DNA from: an uncultured bacterium
GTDB taxonomy: Bacteria; Babelota; Babeliae; Babelales; RVW-14
Direction of reading: 5' to 3'
DNA: 64,000 nucleotides
Assembly: GCA_963759805.1 (NCBI GenBank)
Contig: CAVXAT010000011.1
Span: 58,816 to 122,815, forward strand
Shown here: positions 39,149 through 49,348 of the stretch, piece after piece
Numbering within the stretch: the stretch's first letter is position 1
How the letters are laid out: each line of letters begins with the position of its first letter
The notes under the pieces: model-generated
Told to the model about the DNA's origin: nothing
Database searches by the model: none
Seen by the model: only the letters and a program-made list of their open reading frames with translations
Translations under genes and position numbers: made by a program

Positions 39149-40219
39149 TCACTTCGCATCCTGATAAAGTAAGTCAATATTTCTTCGATATTCAGAGTAT
39201 GTTAAATATTTTTTGCAATCCAAATGACTTTTCAAATTAGTTATATTATTTGATAATTTATTAACTACTCTTTTTATATTTTTAGTAGTTTTTAAAATAA
39301 AAGCATCACAACCGCTCCCACTTCCATAGCTAACAAGTAATATTCTTTGGTCGGGCTGCGCTTGATCAAGAACGGCACACAACCCCAATAAAGAACTGGC
39401 ACTGTAAGTGTTACCAATTTGCTGAGCAACTAGCCCCGGATTGATCTGTTCCGTATTAAACCCTAAACTTTTTGCAGCTATTAACGGAAGTTTGCCGTTA
39501 GGTTGATGCAAAACAACGTAGTCAAATGAATCCGGACCACAGGAATGTTTAGTAAAAATTTTTTTCACGATTGCGCTAATATGTTTTAAATATGCCGGTT
39601 CTGAGGTAAAACGTCCTGAATGTTCAGGATATTTTTGCATGCTACGCCGCCAAAAATCAGGCGTATCGGATGCAATTGAAATCGTATCTTCAATATTCGC
39701 GATGATTTTTGATTCATCTGATCCGATAATAAACGCGGCAGCTCCCGCTCCGGCGCTATACTCAAGAATGTCCCCGGGAGCAGCTTGGGCGGTATCAGTC
39801 CCAATGGCCATCCCCAACTTTGCAAAACCGGATTTTACCAATCCAAGACAAACGCCCAACGCGGCCGTTCCCGCCTTGCATGCAAATTCCATATCGGCAG
39901 CCATACAAAAGGCATTGGCCCCAATTGCTTGTCCAACAATTGTTGCAGTTGGTTTTACGGCATATGGCGCACTTTCACTTCCAACATAAATTGCATTAAT
40001 ATCATTGGGATTCACACCACTTTGTAAAAGGCCATTATTTGCAGCATTAACAGCAAAAGTAACGGAATCCTCATCAATACCCGGAACGGATTTTTCTTCA
40101 ATTAAAAGACTGGATTTAATTTGATTAAGATTTTGTTGCCAAGCTTTGGCAATCTCTTCACACTTTATTCGGTAAACCGGAATATAGAACCCATACCCGA
40201 CAATTCCAACATTCATCAT
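39149..40219 (-). CDS. Archaeal-type hydroxymethylglutaryl-CoA synthase
   Basis: GSESAPYAVKP, MEFACKAGT, HQPNGK, GNTYSAS, VSYGSGSGCDAF. Confidence 0.93.
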   Translation of the reverse strand: MMNVGIVGYGFYIPVYRIKCEEIAKAWQQNLNQIKSSLLIEEKSVPGIDEDSVTFAVNAANNGLLQSGVNPNDINAIYVGSESAPYAVKPTATIVGQAIGANAFCMAADMEFACKAGTAALGVCLGLVKSGFAKLGMAIGTDTAQAAPGDILEYSAGAGAAAFIIGSDESKIIANIEDTISIASDTPDFWRRSMQKYPEHSGRFTSEPAYLKHISAIVKKIFTKHSCGPDSFDYVVLHQPNGKLPLIAAKSLGFNTEQINPGLVAQQIGNTYSASSLLGLCAVLDQAQPDQRILLVSYGSGSGCDAFILKTTKNIKRVVNKLSNNITNLKSHLDCKKYLTYSEYRRNIDLLYQDAK

Positions 40220-40229
40220 CAACTCTTAC

Positions 40230-40274
40230 TGTCATCCTGAATTTATTTCAGGATCCATGGATTAATAAGTTCCT
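40230..40274 (+). repeat. REP-like hairpin, family B, copy 3
   Basis: TGTCATCCTGAATTTATTTCAGGATCCATGGATTAATAA. Confidence 0.9.
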
Positions 40275-40329
40275 CTGGATACACTCCTGCACCACTCGAG
40301 AAGTAAGTCTACCACCTTTTATCATCTAT

Positions 40330-41505
40330 TCAATCTATTAAATTTCGTAAGTGCAATTTCATATGTCCCTTCTGAATTCCTTCCCCAACAAGGGCTTTAA
40401 GCGCTGCAAAATTTTGAGCCAGCCCAACGCTTGCAATAATTTGAGCAAGTTCTGATGCAGATTTAACATCAAGAATTTTCAAACAAAGCCTGGCAAAAGG
40501 ATTACTCTTTGTAGCACCCCCAACAGTACCAAGTGCAAGCGGAATTTCAATTGCCCCAATCAGGTTTTCCTGCTCATCCTTTGAATATTCTGTTAAGGGT
40601 TTATAAGAATTATTTATGGCAGCATACCCATGAACGCCCGCCTCAACAGCGCGAAAATCATTGCCTGTTGCCAAACAGACGGCATCAATTCCATTCATAA
40701 TCCCTTTATTATGGGTGACAGCTCGAAAGATATCGATTTTTGCAATCTCATTTGCCTGAATAATTTTGTCTATCAAATCAGATCCAATTTCTTCTTTCGA
40801 CCAAATGGCTTGAGCTTTTACGATTCTGTTAACAGCCAGATTTGACAATATTTTTAACAACACGGTGCCGCCTGTTAATTTTTCTATAACAGGTGCTACT
40901 GCCTCACACATCGTGTTAACAGTATTTGCCCCCATTGCATCTTTGACATCAACTAGAAGATGTACAACTAAAATTTTTCCCAATGCCCCAAATATCCCAG
41001 TGGATAAAGCCTCAATTTCTCGAATATTTAAATCAAAAGCACCCCCACCCAATGTTATAAGCACAGGATCTTGAGAATTTGCCAGTTCAAGAATCTCTGC
41101 TTTGCACTCTTCTATTTTTATTTTTGCTTGCAAAACATCCACAATATCTAAAATATGCACCTGTCCAATCATCACAGATCTACTGGCAGTTGCAGTAAAG
41201 CCACCGTAGGATCTAGCCAATTTTGCAGCATTGCTTGCTGCAGCAATCACACTAGCCTCTTCTGTTGCCATAGGAATCAGGTAATCTATACCGTTAATTA
41301 TAAAATTTGCAGCAAGCCCAAGTGGCATGGGAAAAACAGAAATCATATTTTCAATCATCTGTTCGGCAAAGCCAACCCCCAAATTATCTTTTAAATTCAG
41401 CAACAAAATATCTTGCTCTGAAAGATTCGCAAACTCTTTTAATAAATTAAGCCGCTCAAGGCGGCTTAATTTGTAAAACTCTTTTATTCTGCTGTTTTTT
41501 TTCAT
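40330..41505 (-). CDS. mvaA: Class II HMG-CoA reductase
   Basis: IENMIS, ATEEASVIAA, DAMGANTVNT, THNKGIMNG, GNDFRAVEAG, EGIQKGHMKLH. Confidence 0.95.
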   Translation of the reverse strand: MKKNSRIKEFYKLSRLERLNLLKEFANLSEQDILLLNLKDNLGVGFAEQMIENMISVFPMPLGLAANFIINGIDYLIPMATEEASVIAAASNAAKLARSYGGFTATASRSVMIGQVHILDIVDVLQAKIKIEECKAEILELANSQDPVLITLGGGAFDLNIREIEALSTGIFGALGKILVVHLLVDVKDAMGANTVNTMCEAVAPVIEKLTGGTVLLKILSNLAVNRIVKAQAIWSKEEIGSDLIDKIIQANEIAKIDIFRAVTHNKGIMNGIDAVCLATGNDFRAVEAGVHGYAAINNSYKPLTEYSKDEQENLIGAIEIPLALGTVGGATKSNPFARLCLKILDVKSASELAQIIASVGLAQNFAALKALVGEGIQKGHMKLHLRNLID

Positions 41506-42008
41506 GATTCCAAGATCACCATTTTTTCAGAAATCGCACATAGCAGATCTTTAATAATACAAACAGTTGCATGTTGTTTTATTACCTGTATTAAAAAAAT
41601 GTTTATTCCCGAGAAGATTTTGTTGCACAAAATTTTTATTTCATCTTCAGAAGCGTTGGGCATTACTAATTTAAAATAACTTAACAATAATAAATGACCA
41701 TTCGAGCCCCAAAGATCTTCAATCCCATAACCTAGTTGTAAGAGTTGCTTAATTATTGAATACATAAATCTTTGATACTCACAATAAGGCGGCTTTGAGT
41801 CATGCAACCCTTCTTTTGGACAAAAACAAAAATCCTCAGACGATTTCTCATATTGCCTAAATGATTTTTCAAAATTATATCTAATTTTTTGCGCTAAAGG
41901 CTCTTTACTTAATCTTTCAGACAACTCTTTATCTATTACTATTTCAGACCTCAGAGCTAGCACATTCATGGATGCAACTATAAACACATAAATCATCAAT
42001 TTTTTCAT
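41502..42008 (-). CDS. Hypothetical secreted protein leading the MVA operon
   Basis: Signal peptide MKKLMIYVFIVASMNVLA; stop overlaps the HMGR start (ATGA). Confidence 0.65.
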   Translation of the reverse strand: MKKLMIYVFIVASMNVLALRSEIVIDKELSERLSKEPLAQKIRYNFEKSFRQYEKSSEDFCFCPKEGLHDSKPPYCEYQRFMYSIIKQLLQLGYGIEDLWGSNGHLLLLSYFKLVMPNASEDEIKILCNKIFSGINIFLIQVIKQHATVCIIKDLLCAISEKMVILES

Positions 42009-42181
42009 TAGAAAACTCCGTTAAATTCAAGCAATTTCACAATTATGAAGGTTATGTTATTTAAAACGTTTTTTAGAAAAAATCAAGTTTTTTAAATTAG
42101 AAACGAAAAAATATAATTTTTTTGATAAGATAAATAGTCAGTAAACTTAAAATATCCCCAATAACATTCAAGGCATCTATT

Positions 42182-43183
42182 ATGAACAAAGCAGTCCTGG
42201 TTGTTGGCGGCGCCGGTTACATAGGATCGCATACGTCATGGCTTCTACACAAGCAGGGTTACGAAGTTATAATTCTAGACGCACTGCTACAGCAACAAAA
42301 ATTCACACATAGTTGGGCAAAACTTATAAAAAACGATTTTGCAGATACTCAAACTCTTAAAAAAATTTTTACGACTTATAAAATCGACATTGTAATGCAT
42401 TTTGCGGCTTTTATTGAAGTCGGAGAATCCGTCAAAAGACCAAAAGATTTTTATAACAACAATGTCACTAAAACTTTAACTTTGCTTGATACAATGCTTG
42501 AATACAATATTAAAAAATTTATACTCTCTTCAAGCTGTGCTGTATATGGCATTCCGCAAAAGCTTCCGCTTGATGAAAACCATCCGCTAGCACCCATTAA
42601 TCCTTATGGTAAAAATAAGCTCGTAATCGAATTTGCCTTACAAGACTATCAAAGAGCGTATGATTTAAACTATGTGTCACTGCGTTATTTCAATGCTGCC
42701 GGATCACTTTTTGAGCAAGGGCTTGGCGAGCAACACAATCCGGAAACGCATGTCATTCCCTTACTAATAAGGGCCGCAATGCAGAATAAAGATTTTTTTA
42801 TTTTTGGTGATGATTATCCAACATCGGATGGAACATGCATCAGAGATTATGTGCACGTTGCTGACATCGCCCAAGCACACATATTGGCTTATAACTACCT
42901 AGAAAAACATGGAAAATCAAATATCTTCAATCTCGGCTCACAAAATGGTAATACAGTTAAAGAGTTAATTAAACAGACTGAGCAAATTTGTAAAACAAGA
43001 ATTAAAACAAAATGTTATCCAAGACGAGAAGGAGATGTCCCTATTTTGGTTGCAAATTCAAGTAAAGCACAACAAGAACTTGGCTGGAAAACAAAATACT
43101 CAAGTCTGGAAAATATTTTAACTAGCGCTTACGAATGGGAGCTAATACTTAAAAAAATTAGGCATGATGACAATGTAGGGTAA
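42182..43183 (+). CDS. galE: UDP-glucose 4-epimerase
   Basis: GGAGYIGSH, HFAAFIEVGES, YGKNK, LRYFNAAG, DGTCIRDYVHV. Confidence 0.95.
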   Translation: MNKAVLVVGGAGYIGSHTSWLLHKQGYEVIILDALLQQQKFTHSWAKLIKNDFADTQTLKKIFTTYKIDIVMHFAAFIEVGESVKRPKDFYNNNVTKTLTLLDTMLEYNIKKFILSSSCAVYGIPQKLPLDENHPLAPINPYGKNKLVIEFALQDYQRAYDLNYVSLRYFNAAGSLFEQGLGEQHNPETHVIPLLIRAAMQNKDFFIFGDDYPTSDGTCIRDYVHVADIAQAHILAYNYLEKHGKSNIFNLGSQNGNTVKELIKQTEQICKTRIKTKCYPRREGDVPILVANSSKAQQELGWKTKYSSLENILTSAYEWELILKKIRHDDNVG

Positions 43184-43200
43184 AAAATAGGGGAAAAGAG

Positions 43201-44769
43201 ATGTTTGAAGTAATAAAAAAGTACAAGTGGTTTTTGGTTGGTCTTTTTGCTTTTGCTCTGTTTGTTCGTGCTGCGATTTTTGTTGGGTATTTAAGCAAAA
43301 ATCAAAATTTCTGGCAAGTTGATTCCAATACCTACCATTTAACAGCGAAACAAATTTCCCAAGGGCATGGGATATGCACTGATCAAGATCATCCTAATTT
43401 TTATAGACTCCCGGGATATCCATTATTTCTGGCCACATTTTATAAAGTATTTGGACCTGATACCAAAAATGTTTTATGGCCTCAAATTTTTCTGGCCGCA
43501 TTGATACCACTTCTGATTTTTCTACTTGGATGTGTGCTCTTTCCACAAAATATCTTAATTGCAAAAGCCGCAGGCATTTACAGTAGTATTCATATTGGTT
43601 TTGTCCTGTATTCCGGCTTTTTTATGGCCGAAAGTCTATTTATTCTCCTGTTTTTAATCTTCGCAATTCTGTTTTTATCCTCTGTTCATCTCTTCTTCTG
43701 TTTTCAAAACAGATGTACATGCCAAGAACAGTATGGTTTTTTCCGGCATCTTAGTTTGCCTGACCCGATAGCAACAAGCGAACCCTATCTCATTCTCTTT
43801 GATGATATATTTGAAAATGAACAAAGAAACATAATTCAGTGCACCTGCCAAGAGACAGAACTTATTCAAGCGTCTCGAACTCTTTTCGGGGCAGGATTTG
43901 CACTTGGGCTTGCAAGCCTTGTACGCCCGGTTGGGCATTATTTAATTTTGCTTTCAATTTTGATCCTAGTTTTTTCAAATGAAACTTGGAGATCAAAAAT
44001 CAATAAGAGTTTCACACTTTTTTGTGGATGGATTGTCCCGGTAATCTTCTGGCTTGCCCGCAATTTTATACTCACTGGCCACATATTTTTCCATACCCTT
44101 CCCGGCGGACATTTTCTTTACTTTTCGGCAAGCCGCGTAGCAATGCATGAATGCCATTGCTCTTATGATCAAGCAAAAGAGATCTTGAGAAAAAAAGTAG
44201 ATGAATTAGTCGCAGAAAAGGAACAAGTAAAACACGAGAAATTATCCGAAATAGAACAGTGCTACATACGAGAAGATCTTGCTAAACAGTATTTTAAAAA
44301 ATATCCAATGGTGTCAGCCAAACTCTGGTTAACGGACATATTACGAACTGCCACGTCACTTTACAGCGCTGAACTACTTTATATTGAATCCGGGCGAAAA
44401 GAAGTTGATTATTTTAATGAGGAAAGAACCATCAAATCCATGATAAGTAAGTATATTTGGCCACAAACAGATAAAGCCTGGCTAAGATGGCTAATCAGGC
44501 TAGAAATCTTCATGTTCCTGCTGATAATTCTGGGACTTATTTTGGGCTTTTTAAGAACAATTTTCAAAAGTTTTAAAAATTGGGACAACGAGATAAATAG
44601 AATCGACCTCTGCTCATGGCTCAGAGGACTTGCATTTGCAACACTTTTCATTGTAATTGGACTTGCCGGAGGGTATGCACGCATGCGATTGCCTGCAGAG
44701 GCATTTTTAATTATACTATCAATGAGTTTTTGGATAAATTTTTTGAAAATTAAAATAGGATCTAATTAA
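43201..44769 (+). CDS. GT-C fold membrane glycosyltransferase (ArnT/PMT-like), paralog 1
   Basis: TM1 then DS..Y, RLPGYPLFLA, AESLF, LVRPVG, RN..LTG, GYARMRLP.E. Confidence 0.8.
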   Translation: MFEVIKKYKWFLVGLFAFALFVRAAIFVGYLSKNQNFWQVDSNTYHLTAKQISQGHGICTDQDHPNFYRLPGYPLFLATFYKVFGPDTKNVLWPQIFLAALIPLLIFLLGCVLFPQNILIAKAAGIYSSIHIGFVLYSGFFMAESLFILLFLIFAILFLSSVHLFFCFQNRCTCQEQYGFFRHLSLPDPIATSEPYLILFDDIFENEQRNIIQCTCQETELIQASRTLFGAGFALGLASLVRPVGHYLILLSILILVFSNETWRSKINKSFTLFCGWIVPVIFWLARNFILTGHIFFHTLPGGHFLYFSASRVAMHECHCSYDQAKEILRKKVDELVAEKEQVKHEKLSEIEQCYIREDLAKQYFKKYPMVSAKLWLTDILRTATSLYSAELLYIESGRKEVDYFNEERTIKSMISKYIWPQTDKAWLRWLIRLEIFMFLLIILGLILGFLRTIFKSFKNWDNEINRIDLCSWLRGLAFATLFIVIGLAGGYARMRLPAEAFLIILSMSFWINFLKIKIGSN

Positions 44770-45668
44770 TGTTTAGTTTTAGGCGATTTTTATTACTTTC
44801 TATCCCAATTCTATTTTTACCATCCTGCTCACTTTTTAAGGCTGACATCAAAGAAATTGATTCGCTAACTCAAGTAGAAAACGAGTTGCACAAGATGGGC
44901 AAAAATGACCTGGTCGTATTCGACATGGACCACACCATTATTAATCCACAAGAAAGCGTATTCAACTTGTTATATGAGCCAGCGTCAATTTTTGATTCGT
45001 CTGACCAGAATTTTATTAAAGAGATCAGGACAGAATGGCAAGCTTTGAGGATTTCAAAAGGGGAAAATTATTTCAACAAGCTTTTGAGTGCTGTTTGGGA
45101 AAAAACCTTTTTCAAACCTGTTGAATCAAACACAGTACCAATAATTAAAGATTTGCAGAACAGAGGCATAAAAGTTATAGCACTTACGTCCAGTAATACA
45201 GGTAAATTTGGCGTAATTGAAAATATGCAGCAATGGAGACTCTCCAATTTGCATCAAGTCGGTTTGGATTTTAGCGCAAGTTTTGAGCTTCAAGAAACTG
45301 AGTTTAAAAATCTTCCACCACAATTTGGGTTTCATCCCATTTTTTATAAAGGAATCTTGTGTTCAGCAGGGAATCCAAAAGGAAAAATGCTCGCTGCTTT
45401 TCTTGAAAAAATTGGATTTCAACCTAAAAAAATTCTATTTTTTGATGATAATATTGAACAATGCAAAAGTGTTGACAGAGAAATGAAAAAGCTTAGTATA
45501 TCTGTTCAATGTTACTGTTACAGAGCTGCATTTAAAAATAAAATTAAGCTAAACCAGAAAGTTGTAAGATACCAGTCTGATCACTGGATTGAACAAGAAG
45601 CGTTTATTCCAGAAAAAGAGGTGCTGGAAATGCTCTCTGATTTGATAAAAACAAGTAAAAATCAATAG
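44769..45668 (+). CDS. DUF2608-like HAD-superfamily lipoprotein
   Basis: Lipobox LPSC; VVFDMDHT, IALTS, KG...L, FFDD motifs. Confidence 0.75.
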   Translation: MFSFRRFLLLSIPILFLPSCSLFKADIKEIDSLTQVENELHKMGKNDLVVFDMDHTIINPQESVFNLLYEPASIFDSSDQNFIKEIRTEWQALRISKGENYFNKLLSAVWEKTFFKPVESNTVPIIKDLQNRGIKVIALTSSNTGKFGVIENMQQWRLSNLHQVGLDFSASFELQETEFKNLPPQFGFHPIFYKGILCSAGNPKGKMLAAFLEKIGFQPKKILFFDDNIEQCKSVDREMKKLSISVQCYCYRAAFKNKIKLNQKVVRYQSDHWIEQEAFIPEKEVLEMLSDLIKTSKNQ

Positions 45669-45675
45669 GAACACC

Positions 45676-46020
45676 ATGCAAATTGTTAATGAAAAGATCT
45701 CGATTCCAGAGCTAAAAGCAATGTCTCAAAAGATGTTTGATGGCCTTGTAAAAGCAGTTGTAGACATTGAAAAAGAAATTATGGTTGTGGATGCTACTAT
45801 GCATGCTGATGAAGAACAGCTACTTTTGGAAGAAGGCTCCGAACAAGGAAATCTCTGGGGTATAAACATTTACCCTGAAAAGATGTGGGATCAACGATGG
45901 ATTGTGTTTGATTCAATGATAAATGTTCGTCCTTCTTGGGGAAACAGGACTCGGGGTGTTGATAATCCACAAATTCAAGAAAAAATAAAAAAAATAGTAA
46001 CCAAATTGGTGACAAAATGA
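45676..46020 (+). CDS. DUF5674-like small protein
   Basis: VKAVVDIEK..MVVDA.MHADEEQLLLEEGSEQ.NLWGINIYP...FDSMINVRP..GNR.RGV pattern recognised from memory. Confidence 0.7.
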   Translation: MQIVNEKISIPELKAMSQKMFDGLVKAVVDIEKEIMVVDATMHADEEQLLLEEGSEQGNLWGINIYPEKMWDQRWIVFDSMINVRPSWGNRTRGVDNPQIQEKIKKIVTKLVTK

Positions 46021-46355
46021 TTATACATAAAGATCTTACGCCTGAACGCTGGTTCAAATTTTCACTTATGGAGCAACTGGCAAATATCGGCAGCGACATT
46101 GAACGTACAATTCAATGGAAGAAAGATGGAGATATGGAGTATAGCAAAAAGGCCTTTGAGCGTGCGTTAGAGTTATTGTACTATACTGTTGAAGACGCTA
46201 AAAACAGAGGCCCTAGATTAAGAGAAATTCTACGTGCACGCGAAGCGCTCGTTGACCATTTTATGTATGATAATGAATACAAAACTACGGACGAACAATG
46301 GCAACAGTATTTTTATGATTTTAATTACGCAGCAGCACTGCAGCGTGGGAGATAA
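46017..46355 (+). CDS. Small helical conserved hypothetical protein coupled to the DUF5674-like gene
   Basis: ATGA overlap; RWFKFSLMEQLANIGSDIER...ERALEL...REILRARE. Confidence 0.75.
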   Translation: MIIHKDLTPERWFKFSLMEQLANIGSDIERTIQWKKDGDMEYSKKAFERALELLYYTVEDAKNRGPRLREILRAREALVDHFMYDNEYKTTDEQWQQYFYDFNYAAALQRGR

Positions 46356-46386
46356 AATTTAATTTTTTCGAAAAGTGAGAGCAGTC

Positions 46387-47829
46387 ATGATCGAGTTAAT
46401 AAAAAAAGAAAAAAAGTTTTTGCTACTCACATTTTTTTTATCACTTACAATCAAAGCGATTTTCTTTTTAATTTTTCTCAAAAACAACCCCTGCTTATTA
46501 ATGTTCGATTCAGGACAGTATCACAAAATTGCCCTTAATATTTTGGCGTGGACAGGTCAGCCCAATTTTTACAGGCTACCAGGCTACCCGGTATTTTTAG
46601 CTGCTTGTTACAAAATTTTTGGAGTGCATCCAACAGCAGCACTTATATTACAGATACTTATCAGCTCGTTTATTCCAGTACTAATATTTTTATTAACACT
46701 AACTTTGTTTGATAAAACAAGATTCACTAATCCAATAAAAACAGCCAAACTAGCAAGCCTAGTTGCCTGCTTTGATCTTGGTTACATAATTTTTCCCGGA
46801 CTGATCATGTCCGAAGCGCTCTTTGTTCTATTTTTCACAATCTTTCTAATCTTGTTTCTGTATAATTACACGCCATTTTTTTGCAAAAAAAACACTTTAA
46901 CTAAAGACACTTTAACTTCAGACGGGAATGCAGCTTCCAGATTTTTTTTAGCTGGGATAGCGCTTGGCATTGCATGCCTGATCAGGCCAGTCGGATACCC
47001 CGTACTTTTAACATCAATTTTTATGTTATTAATTTCAAAAAATAAACTTTTTATAAAAATAAAGTTCACAACGGTAATAACCATTGGATGCATAGGCACA
47101 CTGGGCATATGGATAATCAGAAATTATCTCCTAACCGGCTACATTTTTATGCACACACTTTCCGGCCCACACTTTTTAAATCACACCGCAGTAAGACTAT
47201 GCATGATGGATGAAAAAATAACTTATGAGCAAGCTCAGAAAAAAGTTTATGCCGAGCTTAAAGATCTTGAAACGGAGAAAATACAGGATGACAAAATTGG
47301 ATTTAGACGACCATTACAAGAGATCGAACGCTGCCTGTTGTCAGAAAAACTAGCAGTATCTTACATGCTTAAAAATCCGATACTTACAACCCAACACTTT
47401 GTATCAAACATGCTAAAAACAACGTTTGGACTTTACAGTTCCGAGATACTTGTAATTGATTCCGGAGGACAACTTCCTGAGTACAGTAATGATCGAAGTT
47501 TTAAAAACATTTTGAAACGATTTTTAATACCGGATGTAAAAAACAGATTTATAATCGCAATAATATATTTTGAAATTATATTTTTTTTACTTCTTTTACT
47601 GGGCATAGCCATATTTATTATTCAATCATTCTTTGATCACGAAAAATTATGTATTCTAGTGAAAATATTACCATTCACATTCTGTTTAATATTTTTGACT
47701 CTTTCGTGTGGTTATGCCAGATTAAGGTTGCCAATCGAATCATTTTTAATTATTTTATCGATTGTGGGATGGCAACTTTCATTGACAAAAAAAGGGAGTA
47801 AATGGCAACAAGCAAAAAAAATATCTTAA
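46387..47829 (+). CDS. GT-C fold membrane glycosyltransferase, paralog 2
   Basis: DSGQY, RLPGYPVFLA, SEALF, LIRPVG, RNYLLTG, GYARLRLP.E. Confidence 0.8.
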   Translation: MIELIKKEKKFLLLTFFLSLTIKAIFFLIFLKNNPCLLMFDSGQYHKIALNILAWTGQPNFYRLPGYPVFLAACYKIFGVHPTAALILQILISSFIPVLIFLLTLTLFDKTRFTNPIKTAKLASLVACFDLGYIIFPGLIMSEALFVLFFTIFLILFLYNYTPFFCKKNTLTKDTLTSDGNAASRFFLAGIALGIACLIRPVGYPVLLTSIFMLLISKNKLFIKIKFTTVITIGCIGTLGIWIIRNYLLTGYIFMHTLSGPHFLNHTAVRLCMMDEKITYEQAQKKVYAELKDLETEKIQDDKIGFRRPLQEIERCLLSEKLAVSYMLKNPILTTQHFVSNMLKTTFGLYSSEILVIDSGGQLPEYSNDRSFKNILKRFLIPDVKNRFIIAIIYFEIIFFLLLLLGIAIFIIQSFFDHEKLCILVKILPFTFCLIFLTLSCGYARLRLPIESFLIILSIVGWQLSLTKKGSKWQQAKKIS

Positions 47830-49313
47830 TCATAGGCGCCGGTCCCGCAGGACTCACCGCTGGCTATGAACTCTTAAAAACACAAAATTTCTGTGTAGAA
47901 ATCATAGAAAAAGAGAACCAGATCGGCGGACTTGCAAAAACAGTCGATTATAAAAATTATAAATATGATATCGGGCCACACCACTACGTCACAGAATCAA
48001 AAGAAATTGAAGAGTGGTGGAAAAATGTAATCAGTAAAGATGAGTTTGTAAAATTAAATCGCTTTACACGCATTTATTACAATAAACATTTTTTCTTGTA
48101 TCCCCTTCAACCAATCAATGCCTTAATGGGGTTGAACCCATTTGAATCAATACATTGCATTTCCAGTTATTTTCGATATAAATTATGGCCAAAAAAAGTT
48201 AAATCTTATGAAGATTGGCTATCAAATAGATTTGGCAAAAGGCTTTTTGAGATATTTTTTAAATCTTACACAGAAAAACTCTGGGGAATAAAATGCGACC
48301 AAATATCTGCCGATTGGGCTGCACAAAGAATTAAAAACTTTTCACTTGGCAAGGCTATGTTCTTCGCATTCTTCGGCAAAATTTTCAAAAAATATACCCC
48401 TCGAACTATTTTAAGTGAGTTTTACTATCCAGTCCATGGCGCAGGAACTTTGTGGGACGGTGTTGGTAAAAAAATAATAAATTCCGGATATGGTAAAATT
48501 CATACTAACAAAAAGGTTGTATCAATTGAACATGATGGCAAGAAAATTCTGGCTGTTTTGACAAAAAACACACGTAATGAAAATCAACACAATGACAATC
48601 GGTCTAGTGAAAATCAACACCTAGAAAATCAACTTGTAGCTCAAAAATTAATTCGTCATGACGGAGACTACTTTTTATCAACTATGACATTACGTGATTT
48701 GGTTTTAAATATGGATCCACTCGCACCAACAGAGGTTATTGAAGCGGCTAAACAGCTACGTTGTCGCGCGCTTATAACAATTAATTTAATTATCGATAAA
48801 AAACATATAACTCCTGACCACTGGCTTTATATTCATGAAAAAAGTGTGCGCACAATAAGAATTGGCAACATGAACAATTTTTCAGCTAAATTAAGGCCTA
48901 ATGAAAATCACTCTGCAATAAGCCTTGAATGTTTTACCTTTACAGATGAACCATTTTGGTTTAAAACAGACGAAGAGTTACTTGAACAGGCCAAGCTCGA
49001 AATTGACAAGATTGGGCTTGTGAAAAAAGATCTAATTATTGACGGCATGGTTTTGAGAATCCATGATGCTTACCCAATTTATGAAGGCAACTACAAAGAG
49101 CATTTAAATATCGTTTACAACTATCTTGGCCAATTTAAAAATCTTAAATTGATGGGCCGAAATGGCATGCACCAGTATAATAACATGGACACAGCAATGC
49201 TTTCTGCCATGAAAGCGGTTAATGACATAATAAAGGAGACACCAAATGTAGTCACAAACGTAAAAACAAAAACGAGAAAGCACGGAGTAAATGAGCCTTT
49301 AATTAATGTCTAA
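47802..49313 (+). CDS. FAD-dependent oxidoreductase (amine oxidase / UDP-galactopyranose mutase-like) of glycosylation loci
   Basis: IIGAGPAGL, EK..IGGLAKT, DIGPH, YTEKLWG, AYP.Y, GRNGMHQYNNMD. Confidence 0.85.
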   Translation: MATSKKNILIIGAGPAGLTAGYELLKTQNFCVEIIEKENQIGGLAKTVDYKNYKYDIGPHHYVTESKEIEEWWKNVISKDEFVKLNRFTRIYYNKHFFLYPLQPINALMGLNPFESIHCISSYFRYKLWPKKVKSYEDWLSNRFGKRLFEIFFKSYTEKLWGIKCDQISADWAAQRIKNFSLGKAMFFAFFGKIFKKYTPRTILSEFYYPVHGAGTLWDGVGKKIINSGYGKIHTNKKVVSIEHDGKKILAVLTKNTRNENQHNDNRSSENQHLENQLVAQKLIRHDGDYFLSTMTLRDLVLNMDPLAPTEVIEAAKQLRCRALITINLIIDKKHITPDHWLYIHEKSVRTIRIGNMNNFSAKLRPNENHSAISLECFTFTDEPFWFKTDEELLEQAKLEIDKIGLVKKDLIIDGMVLRIHDAYPIYEGNYKEHLNIVYNYLGQFKNLKLMGRNGMHQYNNMDTAMLSAMKAVNDIIKETPNVVTNVKTKTRKHGVNEPLINV

Positions 49314-49348
49314 TTTTTGTTTTTAAGAAAATTAAATAGGAATTTATC

